A stretch of DNA of 64,000 nucleotides from an uncultured Candidatus Saccharibacteria bacterium (GTDB taxonomy: Bacteria > Patescibacteriota > Saccharimonadia > Saccharimonadales > SZUA-47), in assembly GCA_964536485.1 (NCBI GenBank), contig CAZHXX010000002.1:18647-82646 (forward strand), in the 5' to 3' direction. The position numbers and the translations under genes were made by a program. Shown in pieces: positions 26,844 through 35,297 of the stretch. How positions within the stretch are numbered: the first letter of the stretch is position 1; each line of letters starts with the position of its first letter. A model generated the notes under the pieces. It made no database searches and was not told the origin of the DNA. It saw only the letters and a list, made by a program, of their open reading frames with translations.

Positions 26844-27305
26844 TTATTCTTGCGCGAGTTCACCAAGTTTCAGGCTTCCCAGATGCTCGTAAGCCTCGCT
26901 ACTTCCACTGTGATCCTTCGTGTCGCCTTCCTGGCCGGCTTTTTCTCCTTTACAATATGCCGTTGCGTCTGTCCCGCATGCACTGAGAATATTGTCTCCG
27001 CCGGGATGTTCCTGGATGAATGAAGTGAGATTGTAGACGGAGGAATCGATAATTGTCCAGCAGTCATCTTTTGAGGCGTGCTTTGCTACTTGCTCACGTG
27101 TTGGAGCGCTGTCGAGGGCTTCTACCATATCTTCAGCAGAGTGGTTGAGGTGATGGCCCTCGGCGTCATGCTCAAACCCGCCGTGAGTGCTGGTAGTAGT
27201 TTTTGTTGCTGGCGCATCTTCGTCACCTTGGCTTAGTAGATACGCACCTATGCCCCCACAGACTATAACGCCCGCAATAATACCTACAATGATGTGTTTG
27301 TTCAT
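26844..27305 (-). CDS. membrane-anchored cytochrome b5-like heme-binding domain protein
   Basis: ATG 27305 (gaggagg SD). N-terminal TM. DDCWTIIDSSVYNLTSFIQEHPGGDNILSACGTDAT...DHSGSSEAYEHL equals the b5 pattern (HPGG ... HS). Confidence 0.75.
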   Translation of the reverse strand: MNKHIIVGIIAGVIVCGGIGAYLLSQGDEDAPATKTTTSTHGGFEHDAEGHHLNHSAEDMVEALDSAPTREQVAKHASKDDCWTIIDSSVYNLTSFIQEHPGGDNILSACGTDATAYCKGEKAGQEGDTKDHSGSSEAYEHLGSLKLGELAQE

Positions 27306-27328
27306 TTTGCCTCCTCGCACTTTAACCG

Positions 27329-27352
27329 CTTATGGTAGCATCATACCATAAG
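27329..27352. repeat. perfect 9-bp inverted repeat with 6-nt spacer between the GDPD and cytochrome b5-like genes
   Basis: CTTATGGTA-gcatca-TACCATAAG read directly. No U-tract follows it on the transcribed (minus) strand. The loop contains TATGAT in minus-strand orientation. Confidence 0.6.
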
Positions 27353-27358
27353 AAAAAG

Positions 27359-27949
27359 TTACTTTGTGGTAAACAGACTTGGGTAGTCTGTGAAGATACC
27401 ATCAACACCCCAGCTCTCAAGTTCGTCTGCGCGGTCACGACTATTGACCGTGTAAGCATACAGCGTATAGCCACGGTGTTTCATTGAGCGAACAAACCCT
27501 GACCATAGCCACTGCTGGTTTATATGAACACGCGTGGTTCCAAGTAATGATGCCTCTGCTACTGCGCGAACACCAGACCATTTTTCTAATACTGCAATAT
27601 CAGCCTTTGGAAACACGGCGCGTACTTTTTGAAGCGTTTTGAATTCGAAACTCGAAAACAAGATTTTGCCCTTGTAGTGCTTAAGTAGAGCAGGAAGGTG
27701 CTCAACAACTTCACTCTCCTTGAGCTCTAAATTTAGGGGAACTTTCCCTTTTAGCGTCTGGAGAGCTTCAGTGAGCGATGTGTATGAATGGCTTTTTGTT
27801 GTAGGGTCGTGCGACAAGACGATAGTTCCCTCGTGCATGCGAAGGTCAACCTCTATCATGTCAACTCCGTTGGCGAGACCGCGTAGAATTGCTTTTGTGG
27901 TATTTTCTGGTGCAAGTCCACGGGCGCCACGATGGCCAATTATTTGCAT
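27359..27949 (-). CDS. glycerophosphodiester phosphodiesterase
   Basis: ATG 27949 (MQIIGHRGARGLAPENT, the GDPD signature). Track start 28009 would overlap the divergent ppa gene. Confidence 0.8.
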   Translation of the reverse strand: MQIIGHRGARGLAPENTTKAILRGLANGVDMIEVDLRMHEGTIVLSHDPTTKSHSYTSLTEALQTLKGKVPLNLELKESEVVEHLPALLKHYKGKILFSSFEFKTLQKVRAVFPKADIAVLEKWSGVRAVAEASLLGTTRVHINQQWLWSGFVRSMKHRGYTLYAYTVNSRDRADELESWGVDGIFTDYPSLFTTK

Positions 27950-27993
27950 AGCTATAGTGTACAATAGAATGAAAGATAACAAGGAGTAAACAG

Positions 27994-28518
27994 ATGGATT
28001 ATGACGCACTTTTATCAGCGTATGCAGAGGACGACATCTTGCATACAGTAGTTGAGATACCGTTAGGCTCTTCTCTAAAAATTGAATTTGATAGAGAACG
28101 CAAACTTATGGTTGTCGACCGTGTTGAGCCACAAATTTTTGCAAAGCCAGTAAACTATGGATTTATCCCTGGGACACTTGATGAAGATGGCGACGCACTT
28201 GACACACTTATTGTGACTATGGAGCCTTTGCCAACGGGAGTCTACTTGCAGGTTATCGTTGTTGGTGTTATGGAGTTTGAAGACGGAGGTGAAATGGATC
28301 ACAAAGTTATTTGTGTGCCTGCAGACGACCGACACACGGGTAATGGTATCAAAACCCTAGCTGACCTCGGCGAGCAGTGGCGACGTCAAGTTGAGCATCA
28401 CTTTACGCATTATAAAGACTTAAAGAAACCGGGCACGACGAAGGTGCTAGGCTTTGGTGATGCATTTCGCGCTCACGAAGTGATTAAAGAATGTATTGAG
28501 CGCTGGGAAAGCCGCTAG
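27994..28518 (+). CDS. ppa: inorganic pyrophosphatase (family I)
   Basis: 174 aa. VVEIPLGSSLKIEFD, NYGFIPGTLDEDGDALDTLIV. aaggag SD. Confidence 0.9.
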   Translation: MDYDALLSAYAEDDILHTVVEIPLGSSLKIEFDRERKLMVVDRVEPQIFAKPVNYGFIPGTLDEDGDALDTLIVTMEPLPTGVYLQVIVVGVMEFEDGGEMDHKVICVPADDRHTGNGIKTLADLGEQWRRQVEHHFTHYKDLKKPGTTKVLGFGDAFRAHEVIKECIERWESR

Positions 28519-28519
28519 A

Positions 28520-28963
28520 GTGAGCTCCGCGACAAAAACCGATATTGTACAAAAGGCACTTCTTCTTTCTTCGAGTGGCAAAATGCTTCTACTACGACGA
28601 AGCGAGACAGACAAACGCCGGCCATTGCAATGGGATTTACCTGGAGGCTTGTTAGAAAAAGATGAAGCACTTGAGACGGGTGTGAAAAGAGAAATAAAAG
28701 AAGAAGCCGGCATAGAAGCGGATATTAAGGCTATTATTTTTGCTAAAACTGAAGTTTCGGTGTGGGAACAAAATGGAGTGCCACAAAAATGCAACACGGT
28801 TCGACTCTATTATGTTGCTGAAGCGCCAAATGAGACGGTGACGCTAAGTCATGAACATGATGATTTCTGCTGGGTATCACTCGAAGAAGCTCTTGAGTTA
28901 CTTGAATATCCTCGACATAAAGCTGTTTTAGAACATATTCTACAGAATGGTATTGAGCTTTAA
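28520..28963 (+). CDS. NUDIX hydrolase
   Basis: Nudix box GGLLEKDEALETGVKREIKEEAGI. Start uncertain: GTG 28520 directly after the ppa stop, or TTG 28496. Confidence 0.8.
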   Translation: MSSATKTDIVQKALLLSSSGKMLLLRRSETDKRRPLQWDLPGGLLEKDEALETGVKREIKEEAGIEADIKAIIFAKTEVSVWEQNGVPQKCNTVRLYYVAEAPNETVTLSHEHDDFCWVSLEEALELLEYPRHKAVLEHILQNGIEL

Positions 28964-28982
28964 AGCATAAGCACGTTACAAT
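28953..28982 (+). promoter_or_regulatory. candidate promoter TTGAGC-18-TACAAT for the gap cluster
   Basis: Hexamers at 28953-58 and 28977-82, followed by SD aaaggag and ATG 29011. Confidence 0.45.
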
Positions 28983-29010
28983 AGAGCTAACTAAAGGAGT
29001 AGAGTCCCCT

Positions 29011-30024
29011 ATGAAGACACGAGTAGCAATCAATGGTTTCGGTAGAATCGGCCGTATGGCGTACCGAATCATGGCAGAACGAACAGATATTGAAGTGGTG
29101 GGGATTAATGATCTTACCGACACAAAGACGCTCGCGCATCTTCTGAAGCATGATACAAACTATGGCGAATTTTCTCATGAGGTATCGTTTGATGAGACGA
29201 ACATCATTGTTGATGGTGTGGCTATCCCTATTAGCGCCGAAAAAGACCCAGCTTCGTTGCCTTGGGCAAGTCTAAATGTTGACGTTGTTATCGAATCAAC
29301 TGGACGGTTTACTACTACAGAGCAAGCGGGTGCACACCTTAAAGCAGGTGCTAAAAAAGTAGTGATTAGCGCACCGGCCAAAGATGATGAAACCGCCACG
29401 CTGGTGATAGGCGCTAATGAAGAAAGTCTTGCGAACGCGGGAGATGTGATTAGCAACGCAAGCTGTACGACAAATAGCATCGCCGCGGTGATGGCAATCA
29501 TGGAAATGGAGTTTGGCGTCGAAAAGGCTATGCTCACCACCGTGCATAGCTATACCGCAACGCAGGTGTTGCAAGATGGACCTAGCAAAGATTTACGCGA
29601 AGCTCGCGCAGCTGCTCAAAACCTCGTCCCAACAACGACAGGCGCAGCAAAAGCCGTTGCTTTGACGGTGACGAGCCTTAAGAATAAGTTTGATGGCTTG
29701 AGCGTCCGCGTTCCAACTAGCGTCGTCTCTCTGAGTGATGTGACGATGGTCTTGAAGCGCGACACAACTATCGAAGAAATAAACGCTGTGTTTAAAAAGC
29801 ACGCCAATGAACCATACTTCCAGGGTATCTTGGGCGTTTCTGAAGTGCCTCTGGTAAGCAGCGACTACATCGGCAATAGCCACTCTGGAACGGTAGATTT
29901 GTTACTTACGAACGTTGTTGATGGGAATCTGGCAAAAGTTGTTGTTTGGTACGACAACGAGTGGGGTTATTCTAACAGATTGGTCGAAATGGTTGCTGAT
30001 GTTGGAAAGGCACTTAACGCATAA
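29011..30024 (+). CDS. gap: type I glyceraldehyde-3-phosphate dehydrogenase
   Basis: 337 aa. INGFGRIGR, SNASCTTN active site, WYDNEWGYS. Confidence 0.95.
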   Translation: MKTRVAINGFGRIGRMAYRIMAERTDIEVVGINDLTDTKTLAHLLKHDTNYGEFSHEVSFDETNIIVDGVAIPISAEKDPASLPWASLNVDVVIESTGRFTTTEQAGAHLKAGAKKVVISAPAKDDETATLVIGANEESLANAGDVISNASCTTNSIAAVMAIMEMEFGVEKAMLTTVHSYTATQVLQDGPSKDLREARAAAQNLVPTTTGAAKAVALTVTSLKNKFDGLSVRVPTSVVSLSDVTMVLKRDTTIEEINAVFKKHANEPYFQGILGVSEVPLVSSDYIGNSHSGTVDLLLTNVVDGNLAKVVVWYDNEWGYSNRLVEMVADVGKALNA

Positions 30025-30026
30025 TT

Positions 30027-30212
30027 ATGGCACGCAACAGTAAAAGGCAACCACTCTCCCTTCAGAGGCTGAACACTACCACAGTCGCACTTGTTTTATT
30101 GGCTTTACCTTTTCATTTATTGTTTGATATTCCAGCAACTACGGGGTTACTGTGGGGTTGGTGGGCTTTAGCCGTTTTAAGCGCTGCCGGGATATGGTGG
30201 AGTGAAAAATAA
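30027..30212 (+). CDS. small membrane protein (61 aa, Trp-rich, 2 TM)
   Basis: ORF packed exactly between gap (2-nt gap) and rpiB (1-nt gap); hydrophobic. Confidence 0.4.
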   Translation: MARNSKRQPLSLQRLNTTTVALVLLALPFHLLFDIPATTGLLWGWWALAVLSAAGIWWSEK

Positions 30213-30213
30213 C

Positions 30214-30657
30214 ATGACTTTTTTCCTTGGTGCCGACCACAATGGCTATGACTTAAAAGAGCGGATTGAGAAATATCTTTTGTCGCTCGGACATGACGTG
30301 GTTGACTGCGGAGACGAGCGACTAAATCCAGAAGATGATTTTACGGTGTTTGCCTCGCGCGTTGTACACGCTATGAAGGCCGAAGGTGAACACGCAAGGG
30401 GCATACTTGTCTGCGGAAGTGGGCAGGGAATGGCTATTGCTGCTAACCGCTTTAAGGGTATACGAGCAGGACTTGGCTGGAGTGTTCAAGCAGCACGAAG
30501 TACGCGCAACGACGAAGACAGTAACGTGCTGGCTTTGCCAGCTGAGGTGCTACACGATAAAGCTCAGTGGCAGGCGGTGGTTGATACCTGGATAAGAACT
30601 CCCTTTGCTGGAGCCACCCGCTACAAAAGGCGCAACAGACAACTCGACGAATTATAA
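30214..30657 (+). CDS. rpiB: ribose-5-phosphate isomerase B
   Basis: ATG 30214. FLGADHNGYDLKE, GILVCGSGQGMAIAANRFKGIRA. Confidence 0.9.
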   Translation: MTFFLGADHNGYDLKERIEKYLLSLGHDVVDCGDERLNPEDDFTVFASRVVHAMKAEGEHARGILVCGSGQGMAIAANRFKGIRAGLGWSVQAARSTRNDEDSNVLALPAEVLHDKAQWQAVVDTWIRTPFAGATRYKRRNRQLDEL

Positions 30658-30690
30658 GAATAATCGCTTTAATAATGCTATCGTAGACAC

Positions 30691-31323
30691 ATGGCAGTTA
30701 TTACACCCACAATTACGACACAAGATCCTCACGAATATCGCGAACAGATGGAACGCATCGCGACTTTTGCCGAGGGGGTTCATATAGACTTCGCAGATGG
30801 AGAATTTGCACCAACAAAACTTCTCCCGCTCGATCAAGCATGGAGAAGTGATGACCTTATTACGCATGCGCACATTATGTATCAAAAGCCCTTAGAACAT
30901 ATTGAAGAGATAATGCACCTTGAGGCGGATATGGTGATCTTGCACATTGAAGCTGACGATGTCGCTGAGTGTCTTGAGATTCTTCAAGAACATGGCACAA
31001 GAACAGGTATTGCTCTCTTGCCGGAAACAAATATTTCAGAACTGAAAGAACTGGCAATTGATGATTTATTTGACCATGTCTTACTTTTTGGCGGATCTTT
31101 AGGGCACCAAGGTGGTAAAGCGGACCTGAGTGTTATTAAAAAAGTCCAAACGCTCCGTAGTGGGTATCCCGATGTAGAAATTGGTTGGGACGGAGGGGTC
31201 AATGAAGAGACGATTGGAGAAATTGTTTCTGCTGGGGTCGATGTTATTAACGTTGGAAGTTATTTTAAGAAAGCCGAAGACCCGAAAAAAGCTTACGCAA
31301 CGCTACGTTCTCTGCTATCATAA
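30691..31323 (+). CDS. rpe: divergent ribulose-phosphate 3-epimerase family protein
   Basis: 210 aa. Aligns by eye with E. coli Rpe: VHIDFADGEFAP (cf. HFDVMDNHYVPN), THAHIMY (cf. DVHLMV), VILHIEA, IGWDGGVNEETIGEIVSAGVDVINVGS. Confidence 0.7.
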   Translation: MAVITPTITTQDPHEYREQMERIATFAEGVHIDFADGEFAPTKLLPLDQAWRSDDLITHAHIMYQKPLEHIEEIMHLEADMVILHIEADDVAECLEILQEHGTRTGIALLPETNISELKELAIDDLFDHVLLFGGSLGHQGGKADLSVIKKVQTLRSGYPDVEIGWDGGVNEETIGEIVSAGVDVINVGSYFKKAEDPKKAYATLRSLLS

Positions 31324-31328
31324 GCGTA

Positions 31329-32234
31329 ATGGGGAAAAATTTTACTGCACGCAAACTTTCGCTTGATAAGCTTCAGCTAAAAGCTAATGAGATACGTCAA
31401 GACATTATTACGTCGCTAGAAGCGGCGGGAAGTGGTCACAGTGCTGGGCCCTTGGGTCTTGCAGATATTTTTACGGCGCTTTATTTTGATATCTTGAAGC
31501 ACGATCCTAAAGACCCAGAGTGGGAAGAACGAGATATATTACTTTTGAGCAATGGACACTGCGTCCCTGTGCAGTACGCTAGCATGGCTCACGCGGGATA
31601 TTTTCCTCGGAAGGAACTTCTGACTCTGCGCAAGTTTAAGAGTCGATTGCAGGGCCATCCGGAACGGGATATGTTGCCCGGGCTTGAAAATACGAGTGGC
31701 CCATTGGGGTGTGGCTTGAGCCAGGCAGCTGGTATAGCATTGGCAATGCAAATGAATAAACAAAGCCATCGTTGGGTGTATGTCATCACGGGGGATGGTG
31801 AGCTTAACGAGGGCAATATCTGGGAAGCTGCCATGTTTACGGCAAAATATAAGCTTCACAATGTTATTGCTATTGTTGACAGGAACAACATCCAGATAGA
31901 TGGCACAACAGAGCACGTCATGCCACTTGAAGACTTGCGAGGTAAATGGGAGAGCTTTGGATGGCATGTTATCGAAATCGATGGAAATGATGTTGAAGCC
32001 GTGATAGACGCTTGTGCTATGGCGCGCGCGATTGTTGAAAAACCTATAGTTATTATTGCTCATACTATTCCGGGCAAGGATGTTGACTATATGGAGTATG
32101 ACTACCACTGGCATGGTATTCCTGTGGGTCTTCAAGATGTTGCGGGAGCACCTCCTAAGAACGAACAGGCTCATGAGGCTCTCAAAGAGCTTCGTAGCTT
32201 GCATGGAAAGATAAAAAACGAAGGTACGCACTAA
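31329..32234 (+). CDS. tkt: transketolase, N-terminal (TPP-binding) subunit
   Basis: 301 aa. GSGHSAGPLG, GDGELNEGNIWEA. Confidence 0.9.
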   Translation: MGKNFTARKLSLDKLQLKANEIRQDIITSLEAAGSGHSAGPLGLADIFTALYFDILKHDPKDPEWEERDILLLSNGHCVPVQYASMAHAGYFPRKELLTLRKFKSRLQGHPERDMLPGLENTSGPLGCGLSQAAGIALAMQMNKQSHRWVYVITGDGELNEGNIWEAAMFTAKYKLHNVIAIVDRNNIQIDGTTEHVMPLEDLRGKWESFGWHVIEIDGNDVEAVIDACAMARAIVEKPIVIIAHTIPGKDVDYMEYDYHWHGIPVGLQDVAGAPPKNEQAHEALKELRSLHGKIKNEGTH

Positions 32235-33200
32235 ATGGACTATCTCTATCTATTGGACATAAAAGACTGGAAAAGTGAGCCAACGCGTAAGGGTTTTGGC
32301 CGAGGATTGCTTAAGGCGGGAGAAGAAGATGAGAACGTTGTTGCGCTTTGTGCTGACCTCACAGGCTCTACTCAAATTGAGCCATTTGCGAAGGCTTTCC
32401 CTGAGCGTTTTATAGAGGTAGGAATTGCCGAGCAGAACCTGGTTACTGTTGCGAGTGGTATGGCAAAGATGGGCAAAGTACCTTTTACTTCTAGTTATGC
32501 AGCTTTTAGCCCAGGGAGGAACTGGGAGCAGATTCGAACAACCATTTGTCTTAATGACCAGAAGGTAAAGATTATTGGCTCACACGCGGGTTTATACACT
32601 GGCCCAGATGGGGCAACGCACCAGATGCTTGAAGATATTGCACTCATGCGCGTCCTTCCGAATATGGTAGTCATCGTTCCTGGAGATGCGGTGGAGGCAG
32701 AAAAAGCAACGCTCGCTATTGCCAAAGATTCAAGACCCGCATACTTACGACTGGCACGTGACGACTCGCCGGTGGTGACGACCGACAAAACCCCATTTGA
32801 GATTGGCAAAGCCTACGTATTTGCTCACGGAACTGATTTAACGATTGTCTCAACTGGCGTGATGACACCCGTAGCACTTGAAGCAGCAGAAAAACTATTT
32901 CACCAGGGAATCGACGTGGAAGTGGTGCATTGTCCAACGATAAAACCACTTGATACGGCAACTTTAGTAAAAAGCGCCAAAAAAACAGGCCGCGTGCTTA
33001 CGCTTGAAGAAGCGCAGATTGCGGGTGGCCTTGGTGGTGCTGTTGCTGAATGTCTTGCCGAAGAGTGTCCTGTGCCTATGATACGCATGGGGGTCAAGGA
33101 TGAGTTCGGTCAGAGCGGTACCCCCGCGGAGCTACTTGCCCACTACGGCCTTGACGTAAAACACGTCGTCCTGCAAGCCCATGCACTAATGGATAAGTAG
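32235..33200 (+). CDS. tkt: transketolase, C-terminal (pyrimidine-binding) subunit
   Basis: 321 aa. FIEVGIAEQNLV, GPDGATHQMLEDIALMR. ATG immediately follows the N-subunit stop. Confidence 0.9.
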   Translation: MDYLYLLDIKDWKSEPTRKGFGRGLLKAGEEDENVVALCADLTGSTQIEPFAKAFPERFIEVGIAEQNLVTVASGMAKMGKVPFTSSYAAFSPGRNWEQIRTTICLNDQKVKIIGSHAGLYTGPDGATHQMLEDIALMRVLPNMVVIVPGDAVEAEKATLAIAKDSRPAYLRLARDDSPVVTTDKTPFEIGKAYVFAHGTDLTIVSTGVMTPVALEAAEKLFHQGIDVEVVHCPTIKPLDTATLVKSAKKTGRVLTLEEAQIAGGLGGAVAECLAEECPVPMIRMGVKDEFGQSGTPAELLAHYGLDVKHVVLQAHALMDK

Positions 33201-33210
33201 GGAAAAGAGA

Positions 33211-33239
33211 TTGCGAAGAAAACCATAAGCGGTTACAAT
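33211..33239 (+). promoter_or_regulatory. candidate promoter TTGCGA-17-TACAAT upstream of fba
   Basis: Hexamers at 33211-16 and 33234-39. Confidence 0.5.
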
Positions 33240-33254
33240 AGTACTAATTAATCG

Positions 33255-34181
33255 GTGGGTATACAAAAAGTGTCTTTAACTTTAGATGAAATTAGAAGTA
33301 ATTGTATGCGGGCCCGTGAGCTCATGGCTCGAGCACGAGCAGAGAAATTTGCTGTAGGTGCATTTAATTTAGACAATCAAGAGACACTTATCGCAGTGGT
33401 GCGAGCGGCAAGACGCTATAACTCACCGGTGCTTGTTGAAGTGAGTCAGGGCGAAGTTGATGCCCTAGGTATTGCCAATGTAAGAGATATGGTTGATAAC
33501 TACAAGAAGCAATATGGCGTTGAGATTTACATTAATCTTGATCATAGTCCTAGCGTCGAAGCAGCCATTGCTGGGATAAATGCCGGGTTTGAATTTATTC
33601 ATATCGACGTTTCACAGGCAAATCATAACGCAACTAACGAGCAGATTGTTGATGCAACGCGAGCTGTGGTGGCTCAGGCACGTTTTACCGGCGCACTCGT
33701 GGAGAGTGAGCCACACTATTTTGGTGGGAGTAGCAACGTGCATACAGAAAAGATAGATTACAAGGAAATTAAGAAGACCTTTAGTACTCCTGAAGGTGCT
33801 GCTTATTTTGTGCAGGCGACGGGAATAGACACCTTTGCTGCGGCGATTGGTAACTTGCATGGAAGCTATCCTACTCCAAAGGTCTTGGATATTGATCTCC
33901 TGCGTCAAATCCGCTCTGCCATCACCTGCAACATATCGTTGCACGGGGGTAGTGGCACGCCCGGACACTATTTTGAAGAAGCAGTAAAAGTTGGAGTGCA
34001 GAAGATTAACATCAACAGCGATATGCGAAGAGCTTACCGCGATACACTCGAAAAAGTTCTGGCTGAGAATAAAACTGAATATGCGGTAGTCAAGCTAATG
34101 GAGCAAGTCATAGCAGAAGTTCAGGCTGTGGTGGAATCTAAGATAGCACTCTTTAATAGTGCAGGAAAGGCAAAAGTATAA
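33255..34181 (+). CDS. fba: class II fructose-bisphosphate aldolase
   Basis: FAVGAFN, INLDHS, HIDVS, GNLHG, LHGGSG. Start uncertain (GTG 33255, GTG 33270 or ATG 33306). Confidence 0.9.
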   Translation: MGIQKVSLTLDEIRSNCMRARELMARARAEKFAVGAFNLDNQETLIAVVRAARRYNSPVLVEVSQGEVDALGIANVRDMVDNYKKQYGVEIYINLDHSPSVEAAIAGINAGFEFIHIDVSQANHNATNEQIVDATRAVVAQARFTGALVESEPHYFGGSSNVHTEKIDYKEIKKTFSTPEGAAYFVQATGIDTFAAAIGNLHGSYPTPKVLDIDLLRQIRSAITCNISLHGGSGTPGHYFEEAVKVGVQKININSDMRRAYRDTLEKVLAENKTEYAVVKLMEQVIAEVQAVVESKIALFNSAGKAKV

Positions 34182-34182
34182 A

Positions 34183-35190
34183 ATGGCAGATGAAAAAAAG
34201 CTTGACGTGCTAAGTGTTGGTGATGTGGTCACTGATGCATTTATAGATCTTATTGATAAATATGAATACGTTGAACAAACAGATAAGGGTCCTATCCTAA
34301 ATATCCCTCTTGGTATGAAGATCCCTTATGATCATGCACAAGTTATTGCCGGTGTTGGTAATGCGCCGAACGCGGCTGTGGCATTTGCGCGACTTGGGCT
34401 TAAGAGTGGTCTTATATCTAATGTTGGCGAGGATGACTGGGGAAGAGAAATTGTCCGAGCACTTAAGGCTAATAAAGTTGATACGCGTTTTGTTCACGAA
34501 AATCCAGGAAAGGTAAGCAACTATCATTATGTGTTGTGGTACAAAGAAGAACGTACGATCTTAATTAAGCACGAAGCATACGATTATGAGTGGCCAAAGT
34601 TCCGTCCAAGTGATATCCCACGCTGGATTTATTTTAGTTCTATTTCAGACAACGCACTGCCTTATCACGACGAAATGGCTGATTGGCTTGATGAGCATCC
34701 AGACGTGAAACTTGCCTTCCAGCCGGGAACATTCCAGATGCAGGCGGGAGTTGAAAGACTAAAGCGTCTCTATCAGCGCGCAGAAGTGGTTGCACTGAAT
34801 CGTGAGGAGGCAACAGAAGTGTTTAACGCAAATCACGAAGATATCCATGACCAGCTCAATAAAATGCACGAAGCCGGAATAAAGATTGCCTTAGTTACTG
34901 ATGGGCCAAATGGTGCATATGCATCTGATGGAACAAAACGTTGGAGTATGCCACTTTATCCAGACCCAGCACCACCTTTTGAGCGTACTGGAGCAGGCGA
35001 TGCCTTCGCCTCAACCTTTACTGCCACACTGATGCATGGAGCAGATGTTCCTAGTGCGTTGTTGTGGGCGCCTATTAACTCTATGAATGTCGTGCAACAT
35101 GTTGGGGCTCAAGAGGGTCTTCTTAGTCAGGACCAGATTGATTACTATTTGCGTCATGCGCCGAAATTCTACCATCCTACAGAAATGTAG
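34183..35190 (+). CDS. PfkB-family carbohydrate/sugar-phosphate kinase
   Basis: ATG 34183 (MADEKKLDVLSVGDVVTD). C-terminal TGAGDAFASTF anion-hole motif. Confidence 0.8.
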   Translation: MADEKKLDVLSVGDVVTDAFIDLIDKYEYVEQTDKGPILNIPLGMKIPYDHAQVIAGVGNAPNAAVAFARLGLKSGLISNVGEDDWGREIVRALKANKVDTRFVHENPGKVSNYHYVLWYKEERTILIKHEAYDYEWPKFRPSDIPRWIYFSSISDNALPYHDEMADWLDEHPDVKLAFQPGTFQMQAGVERLKRLYQRAEVVALNREEATEVFNANHEDIHDQLNKMHEAGIKIALVTDGPNGAYASDGTKRWSMPLYPDPAPPFERTGAGDAFASTFTATLMHGADVPSALLWAPINSMNVVQHVGAQEGLLSQDQIDYYLRHAPKFYHPTEM

Positions 35191-35297
35191 GGAGAGGGGG
35201 AGGACGTTAGTGAGTAATAGGTGGGTTGCGCACGTTGGTTGCGAGCATGAAGGAACACAAATGCTAGATAGTAGCATCCTAGAGAGGATGCAGAAAA

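Noticed and set aside
35274-35291. 7-bp hairpin GCATCCT-agag-AGGATGC just upstream of the 403-aa ORF, covering its SD-like sequence.
   Set aside because: Short stem, no U-tract, no alternative pairing partner found. It may modestly affect translation but is insufficient to call a regulatory element.
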